NCBI RefSeq assembly: GCF_009914755.1
Contig: NC_060932.1
Length of the DNA stretch: 64,000 bases
From: the human T2T-CHM13v2.0 reference genome, Homo sapiens
Strand: one strand, 5' to 3'
Below the pieces are notes generated by a model. That model did no database searches. It was not told the origin of the DNA and saw only the letters and a program-made list of their open reading frames with translations. Shown piece after piece: positions 11,705 through 26,600 of this stretch. Position numbers and translations under genes: made by a program. Position 1 is the stretch's first letter; each line of letters starts with the position of its first letter.

Positions 11705-14170
11705 TATCAGAAGAGAATACCTCAAAATATTAAGAGGCATCTGTGACAAACCCACTGCCAACATCATATTGAACAGACAAAAACTGGAAGCATTCCCCCT
11801 AACACCTGGAACAAGACAAGTATGCCCACTCTGACACTCCCATTCAACAAGGTACTAGAAATGCTAGCCAGAGCAATCAGTCAAGAGAAAAAAATACAAG
11901 TCATACATATGGGAAAATAAACTATCTCTCTTCACAGATGACAAGATTTTATACCTAGAATGCCCTAAAGACTCCACCAAAAGGCTCCTGCAACTGATAT
12001 GCCACTTCAGTAAAGTTTCAGCCTACAAAATCAGTGTACAAAAATCAGTAGCATTTCTATATACCAATAATGTTCAATTTGAGAACCAAATCAAGAATGT
12101 AATCCCATTTACAATAGCTGCAAAAAAAAAAAAATAAGTCAGTAAACAAAGGAATACATCTAACCAAGAAGGTGAGAGATCTCTACAAGAACTACAAAAC
12201 ACTGTTCAAAGAAATCATACATGACACAAACAAATGGAAAAACATTCTATGGCTCATGAATTGGAAAAAATCAATATCTTTAAAATGGCCAGACTGCCCA
12301 AAGCAACCTATAGATCCAGCACTATTCCTGTCAAACTACCAACATTATTTTTCTCAGAACTAGAAAAAGCTATTTTAAAATTCAAAGGAAACCAAAAAAA
12401 GAGCCTGAATATCCAAAACAATCCTAAGTAAAAAGAACAAAGCCAGAGGCATTACATTACCCAACTTCTAACTACACTATAAGGCTACAATAACCAAAAC
12501 AGCGTGGTACTGGTACAAAAACAGACAATAGACCCATGGAACAGAATGGAGAACCTGGAAGTAAAGCCACACACCTACAGCTATCTGATCTTTGACAAAG
12601 CCAACAAAAATAAGCGATGGGGAATGGACTTCCTATTCAATAAATGGTGTTGGGATAGCTGGCTAACCATATGCAGAAGAATGAATCTGGACCCCTACCT
12701 TTCACCAGATACAAAAATTAACTCAAATTGGATTAAATATTTAAATATAAGACCTCAAACTATAAGAATCTTAGAAAATACCATTCTGGACATCAGCCTT
12801 CGGAAAGAATTCATGGCTAAGTTCTCAAAAGCAATCACAATGAAAACAAAAATTGAGAAGTGGGGCCTAATGAAACTCAAGAGCTTCTGCATGCAAGAGA
12901 AACTATCAAGGAAGTAAACAGACAACGTACAGAATGGGAGCAAAATATTCACAAACTATATATCTGACAAAATGCTAATATCCAGAATCTTTAAGGAACT
13001 TAAATCATCAAGCAAAAAAACAACCCCATTAAAAAGAAGGCAAAGGACATGAACAGACATTTCTCAAAAGAAGACATACAGGCTGCCAACAAACATATGA
13101 GTAAATGGTCATCATCACTAATCTTCAGAGAAATGCAGATCAAAACCACAATGAAATACCATCTCACAGCAGTCAGAATGGCTATTATTAAAAAAAATTA
13201 AAAACCACAGATGTTGGCAGGGCTGTGGAGAAAAGGGAACATTCATACACTGTTGGTGGGAATGTAAATTAGTTCAACCACTGTGGAAAGCAGTCCGGAG
13301 ATTTTTCAAAGAACTTAAAATATAACGACTATTCAACCCAGCAATCCCATTACGGGGTATATATCCAAAAGTAAACAAAATGTTCTACCAAAAAGACACA
13401 TGCACTCACATGTTTATCACAGCACTATTTACAATAGCAAAGACACAACCAGGTGCAGTGGCTCACACCCATAATCCCAGCAATTTGGAAGGCCGAGGCA
13501 GGCAGATCACCTGAGGTCAGGAGTTCAAGCCCAGCCTGGCTAACATGGTGAAACCCCATCTCTACTAAAAATACAAAAATTAGCTGGGCATGGTGGTGCG
13601 TGACTGTAATCCCAGCTTCTTGGGAGGCCGAGGCAGGAGAACCGCTTGAACCCAGGAAGCAGAGGTTGCAGTGAGTCAAGATTGTGCCACTGCACTCAGC
13701 CTGGGAAATAAAGCAAGATCCATCTCAAAAACCAAAAATATAGCAAAGACATAGCATCAACCTAAATGTCCATCAATAGTGGGCTGGAAAAAGAAAACGT
13801 GGTACACATACACCATGGAATACTACACAGACATGAAAAATAATAAAATTATGTCCTTTGCAGCAACATGGATGTAGCTGGAGGTCATTATCCAAAGTGA
13901 ATTAATGCAGGAACAAAAAAAATATATTGAATGTTCTTACTCATAACAAGGAGCTAAACATTGGCTACTCATGAACATAAAGATGGCAGCAGCAGAATCT
14001 AGGAACTACTAGAGGGGGAAAGGGAGGGAGGGCAGAAGTTTGAAAAACTGTTGGGTACCATGCTCACTAGGTGATGGGATCAATCATACTCCAAACCTCA
14101 TCATCATACAATGCACCCAAGTAACAAAACTACACATGTATCCCCTGAATCTGAAAAAAAAAAAAAAAAA
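11705..14170 (+). mobile_element. 5'-truncated older L1 (L1PA15/16-like): ORF2 3' half, 3' UTR and poly(A)
   Basis: Degenerate ORF2 peptides ([16 protein letters not shown]; FNKWCWDSW) and a poly(A) tail. 17-bp TSD AAAAAATGCATGCCTTC at 11688-11704 and 14171-14187. Confidence 0.92.
13448..13738 (+). mobile_element. AluSx-like element nested in the L1
   Basis: Full Alu dimer flanked by ATAGCAAAGACA repeats. Confidence 0.92.
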
Positions 14171-14499
14171 AAAAAATGCATGCCTTCAACGAGGAGCTTT
14201 CTTTGCTTTGCAATAGAGCTCACTATTGGAAGGAAAATTAATGTATGTGAAATGTTTGCTGGGTATCAGAAATAACATAAGTTCCTAATACTCCAGCCTG
14301 TTCTCCTGCTCTTGCTTTGCAGTTGAGAAAAAAATTTTACCAGTAGCTTAATGAAAAATTTAAAATACTAGGGTATACCAAAAATGTCATCATTTTTTAA
14401 TATTAGGCCAGTATGAGACTGCTCTCTATTTGGGAATTAGCAGTTTATCATCTCTGAGGAAATTAGTCATCCCAAAAGACAATCAAATGTTGACATTTG

Positions 14500-15337
14500 A
14501 CATGCCCAGTAAACTACTAGGACCCTTCATCATCACGCTCCAATGAGGCCCACCAGTCGATAAGCCCTGCCCACATGTACATCTACACACTCATTCACAC
14601 ACCCACCCACACACATACGCCCAAACACACCCCCACGCCCCCGCCACACACACTCACAAAGCTGACAGCCAGGTTTTTGATGCCTTGCCCCGAAATATAA
14701 CCTAATCAACAAGGAAAGAATCACCAGACATTTGAGGAAATACTCTAACATGGAAGAAAATCCCAGAGAAAATCAGATTTCCACAGAAATAGGGGAAATA
14801 TAGAGAGTACAAAACTAAACAAAAATACTAAAAAACTCATAATTAATGCCCCTAGCAATAGGAAAATGTATCTACATTTAAAAGTATTACTTAAAAGAAT
14901 ATATGAAGAACAAGAAAAATCTTCTTAGAAATTAAAAACCTTATAGCAGAAATGAAAAATTTAATAAAAGTTTGAAATATGAACTTAAAAGATCAAAAAG
15001 ATAAACAGATGGAAAATAGTAAAGAAAAGGTTTTTAAACAATCAGACCCTTGCTCCAGGGGTTCAATATCAAGCTAACAGTGTTTTCACAAAGAGAAAAC
15101 TTAGAGGACAACATTATTCAATCAGAATACAAGAAAATATCCTAAAACTGAAAGATACGAGTTTTCTAATAAAATATGCTCACCACAATAAATGAAAGAT
15201 GACCCAAACTAAAACAGTTTACTGTATATAAGACCTTAAATGTCTAAATAGAGGAATAAAAGCCACATACAAAGAATGAGAATAACATCAAATTTTTCAA
15301 GATTAGAACGTGCAGACAATAGAAGAATGCCTTTAAA
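14500..15337 (+). mobile_element. Ancient L1M (ORF1-region) remnant, host of the retrocopy; resumes at about 17440
   Basis: A-rich sequence with L1M-like motifs (aatcaccagacatttgaggaaa; agacaat...aatgcctttaaa continuing as attttgaaggaagattatttcc after 17450). Confidence 0.55.
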
Positions 15338-17439
15338 TGTCTTTTGATCACATGAATAGACTTATTGTAACATGGAATGCTCAAGATTAGTGCCAGTAAA
15401 GTATCTAATTCTGACTTCAACTTTTAAAATAATTAAAATCAATAAAATCAAAACAGGATAGTTACCAGAATAACAGTGCCATTATAACCACATTAAAAAG
15501 AAAAGCTTCCATCAAAATTTTATGGTATGACAAATCCAGTACAATATATTTTATTAAATATCGCATTCCACTCAATTTTGTAATATTCCATTTTCTGATG
15601 AAAATGTTATTCAGAAGAGAGGCTTCAGATAAAAAGAAAAATTGAAGTAGAAGTACATACGTTGAGATTTCCCAATTTTACCGTTAAAAAGTACGTTAGA
15701 TGTCCTGCAATAATTTGTTCATAAGTATCTTTAACAAATGAATAATTATTAATATATTTCACAGATAAGCCACTTGGTAATTTTTACTGACATAGAACTA
15801 TATAAACTTTTAGTAAAACATTTAAATTGTTTTACTTTGAATCTCCTCACATTTTATAAGTTAGTTTTCATTTATTCTGCTTCTTTAAAAGGCGTGGCCA
15901 GGTTGTTTGTCCATAATAGGATCAACAAATATTGAACTGCACTAGATTTGTATAATAACTAATTTATACAATTTAATATGTGGGAAATTATACCTCTCTG
16001 TGTATTTAGATATGTTTATTTGAAACAAAAATAATTAATTTTATGCATATGATAAGAAACAGCCTATTAAATGTATATATTTTTAAAAATAAGCAGCACA
16101 GATAGCAGATACAGAACTCTTTACTGTCAGTACTCTTGACTACCAAGAAATGAAGCCACACTCTAGAAAAATGCAATGCAAGAAAAGATTCAAGTTATCC
16201 CTTTGGGTAAAAATCATCCCCTTAATAATATTCTTTTGTAATCTAAATTCACAGCATATCCCATCAGCCCAAGGTAATCTTCTAAAATGTCATTATATTT
16301 GCAGTATTATAATTTTTTTTCAAGCCAGTATTTATGGAGGTCACTGGGCTACGGCAACAAAACATTTTAACTCCAGGGAGAGTATAGCTTTGTAGGATTA
16401 GCTCCTTTGACAATTGTCTTTCTAAAAAGATTTTTACTTTAGAAACCTCTGACATATGTAGTTTTCTTCAGATCCAATGTATCCAAATGTTTTGTAAAAA
16501 CCAACATTTTGTGGTAGACATTCAAGAGTAATCTTATAACAGTTCAGTTTCTTGCTTAGCAAACTACAAGTTGATAACAATTTGCCAAGCTGTCTTCCTC
16601 TGCATTCACTGCTAACAACATCTACTCTTTCTCTCTTAGCACAGGAAAGGATGAATTTATGTACTATTATCAGAGTTGTCATGGCAACACTGTCACCGAG
16701 TCACATCTTCCACAACTGTAACATAATGAACCACAGATTTCTTTGTATGCTCAAAATGCTTTATACATTATCAAGGTTGACAACTCCAGTGGCAGTTCGC
16801 TGACCCACTACCTTAAAAAAAAAAAACCCTAGGTTAGTTATATTAGTCCATTTTCATACTGCTATGAAGAAACACCCGAGACTGGGTAATTTATAAAGAG
16901 AAAGAGTTTTAATGGACTCGCAGTTCCATGTGGCTGGGGAGGCCTCACAATCATGGCAGAAGGTGAAGGAGGAACAAGGCACATCTTATGTGATGGCAGG
17001 CAAGAGAGCATGTGCAGGAGAACTGTCCTTTATAAAGCCATCAGATCTCCTGGGACTTATTCACTATCATGGGAATAGTACAGGAAAAACCCACTCCCAT
17101 GATTCAGTTACCTCCCACTGGCTCCCTACCATGACATGCAGGGATTATGGGAGCTACAACTCAAGATGAGATTTAGGTGGAGACACAGCCAAACCATATC
17201 ATCAGTAGACAAAGAGGCCTTAAACCAAGCCTTCTGGGAGATGTGTTGGTGAAATAACTGGAGCATATATAGCTGTATTCTGATTCCAGTCCACTTCTTT
17301 AAGTAGACTTGGGTCAAACAGGAGTTTCATGAGGTTTCATCTTTCCAGTAAGTCTGTTTGATAAACCTGAGGCAGGCCCACTATGCCCCCCAGGACACCA
17401 GGTCCCACTCTCACTTCCCAACCCCCAGCCCCTCCTCAG
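15338..17439 (-). pseudogene. GNPNAT1: Processed pseudogene of glucosamine-phosphate N-acetyltransferase 1, interrupted by a THE1 LTR
   Basis: Minus strand: ATG at 17340 gives [23 protein letters not shown]; the C-terminal part reads ...[11 protein letters not shown]...[38 protein letters not shown] (stop at 16434). Intronless, frameshifted, with a GC-rich 5' UTR and about 1.1 kb of presumed 3' UTR. Flanked by the direct repeat TGCCTTTAAA (15328-15337, 17440-17449). The symbol names the parent gene. Confidence 0.93.
16839..17201 (-). mobile_element. THE1 (THE1C/D-like) MaLR solo LTR
   Basis: Ends tatattagtccattttc...cagccaaaccatatca, 363 bp, with a 5-bp TSD T(T/C)AGT at 16834-16838 and 17202-17206. 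Confidence 0.93.
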
Positions 17440-17541
17440 TGCCTTTAAAATTTTGAAGGAAGATTATTTCCAGCCAGAAGGCCCAGAAAATCAATCAAAC
17501 CAAACACACTGTCAATCAAGCACAAAGACTTTTAAAAGATA

Positions 17542-18163
17542 CAGGTGACTCTTGTTATTTGTGGAAGTTATATTCTGTAAAGTCACAGCGAACACTGAGT
17601 TAGCAAATACTGAACCATTGCTCCTAGCGGAAATAGAGGGCTAGATCCCTATGAGCCTCTGATCACAACATTTTTGCCAACCAATCAATACATAAACTTG
17701 CTGTTTGTTTCTGTTTAAAGACTCCATGTCTTTAGTGTATGTTATATCAATATATGATGTTGATTCATTAACATCGAACTCACAGCCAGCAGCACAACTC
17801 ATGCCTGAAGGAAGCTCATCTAAAGAAGCTCACATATTTTCTCTATAAGACACATCACAGCATTTCAGCACTATACTGGGGGGGGGGGCATTTTAAGCTG
17901 CAAAATCACCAAGAAAAAGCACAAAAGTATGAAAAATGAGGCACTAAATAGATCATAACATAGATGCTTATTTGCAGTATGAACTGAAACAAAGAGGCAG
18001 TGTCACCTCATTGGACCTCATCTAGGAACATGTAACTCAAAATGTTTACCCTCTATGCATGTTTCTGAATGATCATAAAAACCCTGCGAGTATTAATTAG
18101 GAGGTCACAAACAAATTTTGCAAAGTTGCAAATATAGAATCCATGAATAATGAGAATCAACTG
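17542..18163 (+). mobile_element. MER82-like TcMar-Tigger DNA transposon
   Basis: Imperfect terminal inverted repeats CAGGTGACTCTTGTTATT and AATAATGAGAATCAACTG, with TA at both flanks. Confidence 0.85.
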
Positions 18164-21100
18164 TATTTTCAGAAATATAATTATTCACAAGCTATTTCTA
18201 AGAAATCTAAAGGTTGTTTCACCAAAATTATCGAACTAACAGAAAAAATGGGGGGTGGGGGTCTAACACAAAAGGGAAGGAAGTCCCCAAGGTGGCTGGT
18301 GAAGAGAAGTACCAAGATGACAGCTTTGTAACAGACCCAAAGAGAACCAGTCTGGGTTGCAGCAGGACAATGGAATGCTCCAGGAAGAATGAAAAAAGTA
18401 GACCATTATAAGTGCCAAGTAAACAATGATTGTACAAGAAGGAAATATAATCATTGCACAGTATGTTCCTCAGCTGTAAATAATATTTATATGGTTATAT
18501 CAATATAAACATTGAATATTGACCTAACCAAACAAAAAAGAATTAATGAGGAAAAAAAATGGAAGTTCACAAATTCTTCAGTACAAGTAAACAGAGCAAT
18601 ATTTTGAGGGCTCAAAGAGGACTCACTTTTGAGTATAAGGTTTTTTTCTAGAAACTAAAGAATATTAGATAAAATGTTTTCTTAATAATATTCAGAAGGA
18701 AAGTACCTCTAAGAAACATTTATAGATTATAATAAGAAGAGATTAATATGGAAAATATCAGTTAACTCTTTAAGACACCAGATGCAATACAATGCCCCAT
18801 TTGAAGCAGTAAATTAAAGATTTGATATTGCAGAGGAAAAGAAGGTCAATAAATGATATTAAGGAAAATTAACAAATATTCCATGAGAAAAATAGAGGAA
18901 AAGTAAAATGGCAAAAATGAGAACAAAAGAAAAAAATGGGATGAAACACCATTGAGTTTAATCTGTAAATAATAGCCATTACCAAAGATGACAATTTTAT
19001 AGAACATGAGTCAATAATAAAAAGTAAAATATATAATTCATTGATTTTTCTAAATGAGGCATTTAGAATTTGAAATGTAAAGAAATCTATAGGAATCCAT
19101 AAATTTAAAAAGAGACTAACTTTAAGACAAAAGGTAAAATCGAACTCAGTTTTCTCTGTGATGTACTACTGTGAAGATAATCGTGGAGAATTTTTGTGGG
19201 AAAGGATTGTAACACAAGAACTCTGTGTTCAGCTATGTCATTTTGTATGTGTGAAGATGCCGGAAAGACATCAACAGAAAATTATGATGTATCATGTACC
19301 AATCCCAGATAAAATTCTAGAAGGGTAGTCACTCACCTGGTTTTGTCTATCCTGAACACCAGCATCTTAAGGATCAACCTGTTTTACAAACGTATGTTTA
19401 ACAAATATTTAGTCATGTTCTTTAACTGGGAACTTTATGGAAGGGTTAAAGTGATTCACTGAAAATGACTATGTAGAAAAATAATCAGGGAAGGGGAAAA
19501 TTTGACATTTAAAAAATTCAGCTGGTAAAATAGTGATGAGATTTTTTAAAAATTTTGAATAATAGTAATAGGAGGGAGACTATCTCTTCTACAAATTCAT
19601 GATTTAGGGATAAAAATTGACAGTAATCAGTGGGGAAAAAAATAGAAACCATAACAATAAGTCATGTTCACACAAAAAGGTCATAATTGACAAAAGGTGC
19701 AAATCAGTTCTTTTTTGCTTCTATAATATTTGTATGAAATACTCATTTTAGATAGTATGTGTCCAGTGCAGTATGAGCTTGTAACAAAAAGACAATAGAG
19801 GACATGTATAAATAGCTAGGTATTTTGGGAAAATGGGCAATGCAGAAAATCAAGTGCATGTGCCTAGAGGAATGACAATGTTTAGTATAAAAAGATTTGC
19901 TAAAATCTTCAATATTTTAAAATAATAATGGTGATAAAAAGCTGTCCTCTCATTTTAATTTGAATACGTTTACTGTTTTATGCTGAATTAATATTCCCCA
20001 CTTGTTTTTGCTACAGTCTATTGTGTTTAAGTAGTTTTCTTATTACTATTTTACTTTGAATATAAGAAATGCCTCTTAAATTTTATCAAATGCCTCTTTA
20101 GTATTTACAGATAAAATCTGTAATCTCTTTTAATTTGTTTTTGTTCCAGATTACGTTGATAGATTTCCAGACCTGAAACTGATACTAATGACCTCTTTCT
20201 GGTTTACTTTGGCTTATAGGTTGCTCTTTTTCTAATGAGATTAGGTCTGAGTTCTTTTCTTTTTCATCTTTTTTCTTTAAGAATGAAGGCATCTAAAGCT
20301 GTAGATTTTTCTGAGGCAAGTATTCACTGTGTCTCACAGGTTTTGGAAAAAGTATTGTTTTTATTTCTTTCTAGAGAATATGTAGTGCAATTTTTCTTTT
20401 TTTGACTTCGCATCAGTTTGGTTGGGGAGAGTCAAAGAAACTGAACTAGTACTAAGGGAAAGTGAGCCAGATTTAGGGTATCAGCTTTTGAAAATCTGTA
20501 GGTGGATATCTAAATGTTACATTTTAACAATGTAACTTAATTTTAATGAAATTATGAAACTTTAACTTGAAAAATATCCCAGAACTATATAATGCTATAA
20601 TGCATTAATCCTCTTCTCTAAAAAGAATCCCCAACAAATAGTTTTCAGACTCTTGTGGCATATGTATCTGTGTGTTATATTACAACATACAATGTTGTGT
20701 CATGGTATTTTCCATTTTACGATTCTATTCTTTTTTAAAACATACTAGAAGCTCAAGGTATTGGTATTCATTATCTTATTTCTTTGTTAAATTTAGCAGT
20801 AACATTCTTCCTTATAATTACTACCCTTTAATACTTAGTCTGCCTTCTGGAGCCACAATGAAGAAATTCAATTCCTCTTCCACTTGACAGGCTTTCAAAT
20901 ATTTAAAGTTAGGCACCCTTCTTCTCTAGCTGTCTTCTCAAAGGCTCTTCTCTAGCCCAACATCCTTCTCTAGCCCAAACAACCTTATTTAATTCAATTA
21001 TTTTTTATATAGGGTCATTGTCTTGAGACTTTTTGCCATCCTAATTTTCTTCATCTATACGGATCCTAGTTGGTCAAAATTATTCTAAAAGTGCACTGAC

Positions 21101-21186
21101 ACATACTAAACTAAATATTTCCAATGATGGCTCAAAGTGAAAGTCCAATGGAATTATTACCCTTTTTTTATAGACACTAAAAATCA

Positions 21187-21523
<337 letters not shown>

Positions 21524-22089
21524 AAGATTTCATTATCTTTGTGGCTTAATATTGAGATTGCAATTGACAAAAACACTCAAGTATTTCTTACAGCAATATC
21601 TGGGAAGCCATAGACAAGGTAGTCTATGCTATGAACTTTGATTATATTGATGCCTTGGTTCTCTCATATATAAAGTCAAGATAATATTAATACTAACTCA
21701 TAGAATTTTGAAGACAATGAAATTATTTGATATATGTAAAGCATTTAGAATAGTGGCTGATAAATGCTAAGCCTTCAGTAAATGATAACTGTTAACATTA
21801 TTATAATTATTATCATCTGTTTTGACATCATTCTCCAACATTTTTAAAAGCTAGTCTCCACCATAAAGAGCTTGTGTAGTTGATACATTTTCCCTTGAAG
21901 GAAAACTTTGAAAAAATCATTTTAATTCAGTATGTTAAATCATAAAAATATCAACTGCATGAACTATGAAAAACATTTACCTGTAAATGGACAAGTGTAC
22001 TCTTCGACTACGTGTCACATATGGTTATTCTCAACAAACATGGAATATAAAAACACAAAACATGCAAAATACAACACAGCCTAAACTGG

Positions 22090-22565
22090 GTTGTGTCAGT
22101 CAGGATCTGCAAAAGAATATTGGAATAGAAAGTGCTTGGAACAGCTACTACCTCTGTGGCTGAGGGAGAGTACTCAAGGGAAAAATGAAGTTGAAGAGAG
22201 CCTCTCTCCCCAGGGTTGAGATGCAAATCTCACTGGAGGAGATGTGTTTGCAGCTGACTTGAGGTCAGAGAAGTCTATGAGGATGTTAGTGGACTGGAGG
22301 TGATGAGTAGGAAACCTCTGCTGAGATGCCCATGGTTATCACTGGGCCTCTGATAAGCTGCTGGTAGCTGTGCCAGAGAATAAGAAGAAAAGCACCTGGA
22401 AAAAGAAGCTCCTTCTTCTTCTATGCCTTGCAGTTTTCCTCCAGCACCCTGTACTGCCAAACTTTAACACTGTGTCAGCAGGCAAAGGAGGAAGTCCAGC
22501 TCCACTATTACAAAGCAAGCTCAAAAAAAGGGTAGATTTAGAGCTGACCAGCAATAAATTGATAG
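22090..22565 (-). mobile_element. Old ERVL-type solo LTR (LTR33-like)
   Basis: Right end gggtagatttagagctgaccagcaataaattgata resembles the antisense of an LTR33-family start. Boundaries approximate. Confidence 0.45.
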
Positions 22566-23244
22566 ATGGAAGAAAGATCTAACCCAATATCGCAATTGTA
22601 ATGCTCTAAACATTCTAATATCAATATACAGGTGTTTGAAAATTTGAATGAAAACACTTTACTTTTCTACAGAAAGTAAATACTATAGCAGAAAGTTCCA
22701 CAGATGTGTAACATTCGATTTAAAAAAATATCTTTGGGTGACTAAAACACCTGCCTTTTCAGAGCTTATGATCTAGTGAGATAGACTCATAAACAGCCAA
22801 ATACAATATAATATATTTAGATAGAAGTGTGCTTAAGAAGCTGTAAGAATGAGACCTGAACATTAATGACTACATTGAACAGTTAAAACAAAGAGATGGA
22901 TCATAGTCTACAGGATTTTGACATGAGCCATCCTGGAATATTTTACCCTGAAAACTTCAGTGTCAAGAAATTCTGATAAATTAGATTAAGTTCAAAGAAG
23001 AGAGACGGTGATAATTAATGGAAGGGAAAGACTGGCTTGTGAGGGGAAAGGCTAACAAAAATAAATCTATACAAATTAGCTAAGTGACAAGAGAAGCAGA
23101 GAGCTGACAAGCATGAGTTGGATGTAAATTCAAAAAAGCTATAATCAAAGAATAGCACAGAAAGTGGAATTTAGTCTAATTCAACAAACTTTATAATGGG
23201 GGAAGATGTGGAGCTTGATTTAGGCCTTTAAGAATGAACATATT

Positions 23245-23644
<400 letters not shown>

Positions 23645-26600
23645 TCAGTTGAGCTAATGCAAAAGATTGTGTCAAGATACAAGAATGTCTCTGCCTGAGA
23701 GCAAGGAGATTTTTTTTTTTTGCACCAGAGTAGAGCCAGACAGAGCGTAGGTGCTGAGAAATGCTGACGGATTAAAAGAGTAATTGAATGAATAGTGAAA
23801 GAATGTCAGAGAAAGGAGCTACATTTTGGAGAGTGCTGAATGTTGAAGAGATCTGTATGTTACCTTGTAAGCCATGGGGACTAATTGAAGGGTTTTATGC
23901 TGTTGCTGTTATTTTTATTTAAGTATGCTTCCTAACAGACACAGTAGAGAGAAAAGTAACAACATACCCCATTCAAAGTGATAATTCCAAAATCAGAAAC
24001 CCTGTGTTACTAGCCAAAAGAAAGAAAAATAATAGGATTTTTCTTCCTCCTTTTCTCATTTCCAAAATTTACTCTTCCTACATTCTGTCACTGGTCTATC
24101 AATTAAAGTAATCATCCTTTAAATGTGTGAGACAGTAAACTTGACTCACAGCAAGCAAAGAATGAGAGCTTTCTTAAGTTAGGTGGATTATTTTAATCTT
24201 TAGAACTTCTTAGCCATTTTCTCTTCCTCAGGTGACAGGTCCTGATTCACCAGTAGCGAGGAACTCTGTGAAGATATCATAATTATTTAGGTCCCATTAG
24301 GTTTCTCCTCACTTTCTCCCCCATTACAAAGGTCCTTGAAAATAAATTGAATATTTCATCAATGAAACTTAGACTAAGTAGCTTATTTCACTGTTTTTGA
24401 ATTTTGTATATATGTGTGCATACGTATTGGTGACATACACCAAAGTAAAAGTAAAAATTTATATGTATTCCCTAAAGTGAAATGAACAGATTTTTGTTCA
24501 CAATATTAGATTGGCAAAGTTTGTAAATTTGTTTAACTTTAGATACTCTGACAGCTAGAAACCTACACCAACATTTTATGATGAATTAGAAGAAGGATCC
24601 TGTAGATACACCTAAGGATACCTCTGATTTCACCTTATCCACGGGGAAGTATGCTCTGGAAATTCAGCCAGTTAGTTGAATTATATCCTGCATTATTTTT
24701 ACATTATATCTTCTGCATTCATAATTTCTAGAACTAACCATGGGTATTCTGAAGAATAGCTGTGCCAAAGAGAGAGAATAATCTCCATAAAACATATTGT
24801 CCATACCTGTTCCACATTTTTCTACCACCAGATTTCTTGATCATCTAGAAATACCTACCCTTTGAACATTCACTTGTCAAATCCCTACTCTTTGCAAGGT
24901 CCAGTTCAAATGCCAGCTCTTTCATGAAGCCGTGTTTGATCCCTGTGTCTCACTCACCACATCCTATTTCCCCTCCTTATAAGCTCTCATAGAAGTTCTT
25001 ATTTCAGATTCAGTTATCAAATTCTGCCTCAACTTACGGTCAACTGTGTATTTGTCTAATCTCTTATACTTAGATTGAAATTCCTTGAGGTTAGAAGTCA
25101 TGTTTTACTGATAATGTTATTCACAACTCCTAGTATTGCACCTGACTTACAATTAAGAACTCAATAATTGATTATTCAATTTAATATAGAAAGCCAGTTA
25201 TCGCAATTGAGAAGGCTCTAGTAGTAGTTATTATTGGCAAGATGTTTGCTAAGAACACATTAAAATGTTTCCTACTTGTGCTAGGAAATTTATTAGTATT
25301 CTTAAGATTATATTTTAATGAAGTTCGGTGAGGGAAAATAAGAAGAAATACTTTGGGTATTAGCCTACTCATATGAAACTGGCTTTATGAATTCAAAGGG
25401 ATTAGATAAAATTGATTACGTATATTGTAAAACCCAATGAGTTGTGATTCTTCTATAAATGAAAAAGTTTAAATGAAATTTCAGGAAAGTTACTTGGTCC
25501 TCATTTAATCTTCAGTAATAAAAGAAACAGTGTGGATATATGGCTCTAAGCAATTACTTTAGCAATTCTGATTCCCCATTACATCTTGAGAGAATGTGAA
25601 TGATTAAGGACACACTGAGAAGTAGGATAAAATTAGTAAAGGTGTACTGGATTTTTAAATAAACAATATGAAATATTTGTTTGCACTAAACATTCAAAAC
25701 CATCATTTCATTTTTCTAGAAGGTCAAATACCTGCCATAAGCCAATGGTTATGCTTCCAAGCAATAGAAACCTCAGCATTTCCTTGGTTGAGTTTCATCC
25801 TAGACAGTGCCCTAAACTTCTATTTTATTATCATTTTTGTTTTGAGTTACCTAAGAACCAAATAGTCATACTAAACTATTAAAGTGAGAGCGACAAAAGT
25901 TCTTCTCTTAAAAGCCAAAATAGATCATCCCATAAGGATCACAGTACCACTCTCAGTTTATGAGGGAGAAAAGGGGTGTGGGGCAGGGATTTTTCTTAAC
26001 TGAAAAACCAACTCTTCTTAGCAATACAGTTCTAGGATATATAAAATTCTTTAAAAAACTGAATATGACTCCTCACAATGCCATCTTTTGGTGGGTGATT
26101 TCAAATAGAGGTTCACTCAGAAAGAAAAAGGGGATTTTTATGAAAGAGATAGAATCTGGAAAGAGAGAAAAGGATCCCCTCCCCCACAAAAAAGGACTGA
26201 GGAGGGTGGCAGGAACATTGGGGAAACAATAGCTAGTGTGAATCAGACTTGCCCTGGTGTGATCTTTGGATCTCTTTGAATCTCTTTCTCTTTCTTGGAA
26301 ATCCACCTTGATTTTATAGCTTATGACCTGAGCCAACTACTGCCATGACATTTCTGCTAAAAGCCCAAACCATTAAGACAAAAGCAGTCTTGACATGATT
26401 ACCAAGACAGGTCTGTTTGTGCATTTCATTTTATTTTTAACTTTGACAGATAAAATTGAGTTTATGATGGCAGGCAGTGGAACCTGAGAATCAAACAATT
26501 CAGAATACTTAGCTATAACTGGTTCTTGTAAATACATCTTAGCAGTCAGGATTGAACAAAAAAAAGCAGGTTGGACAAGATAATTTAAGCAGCAACTGAG

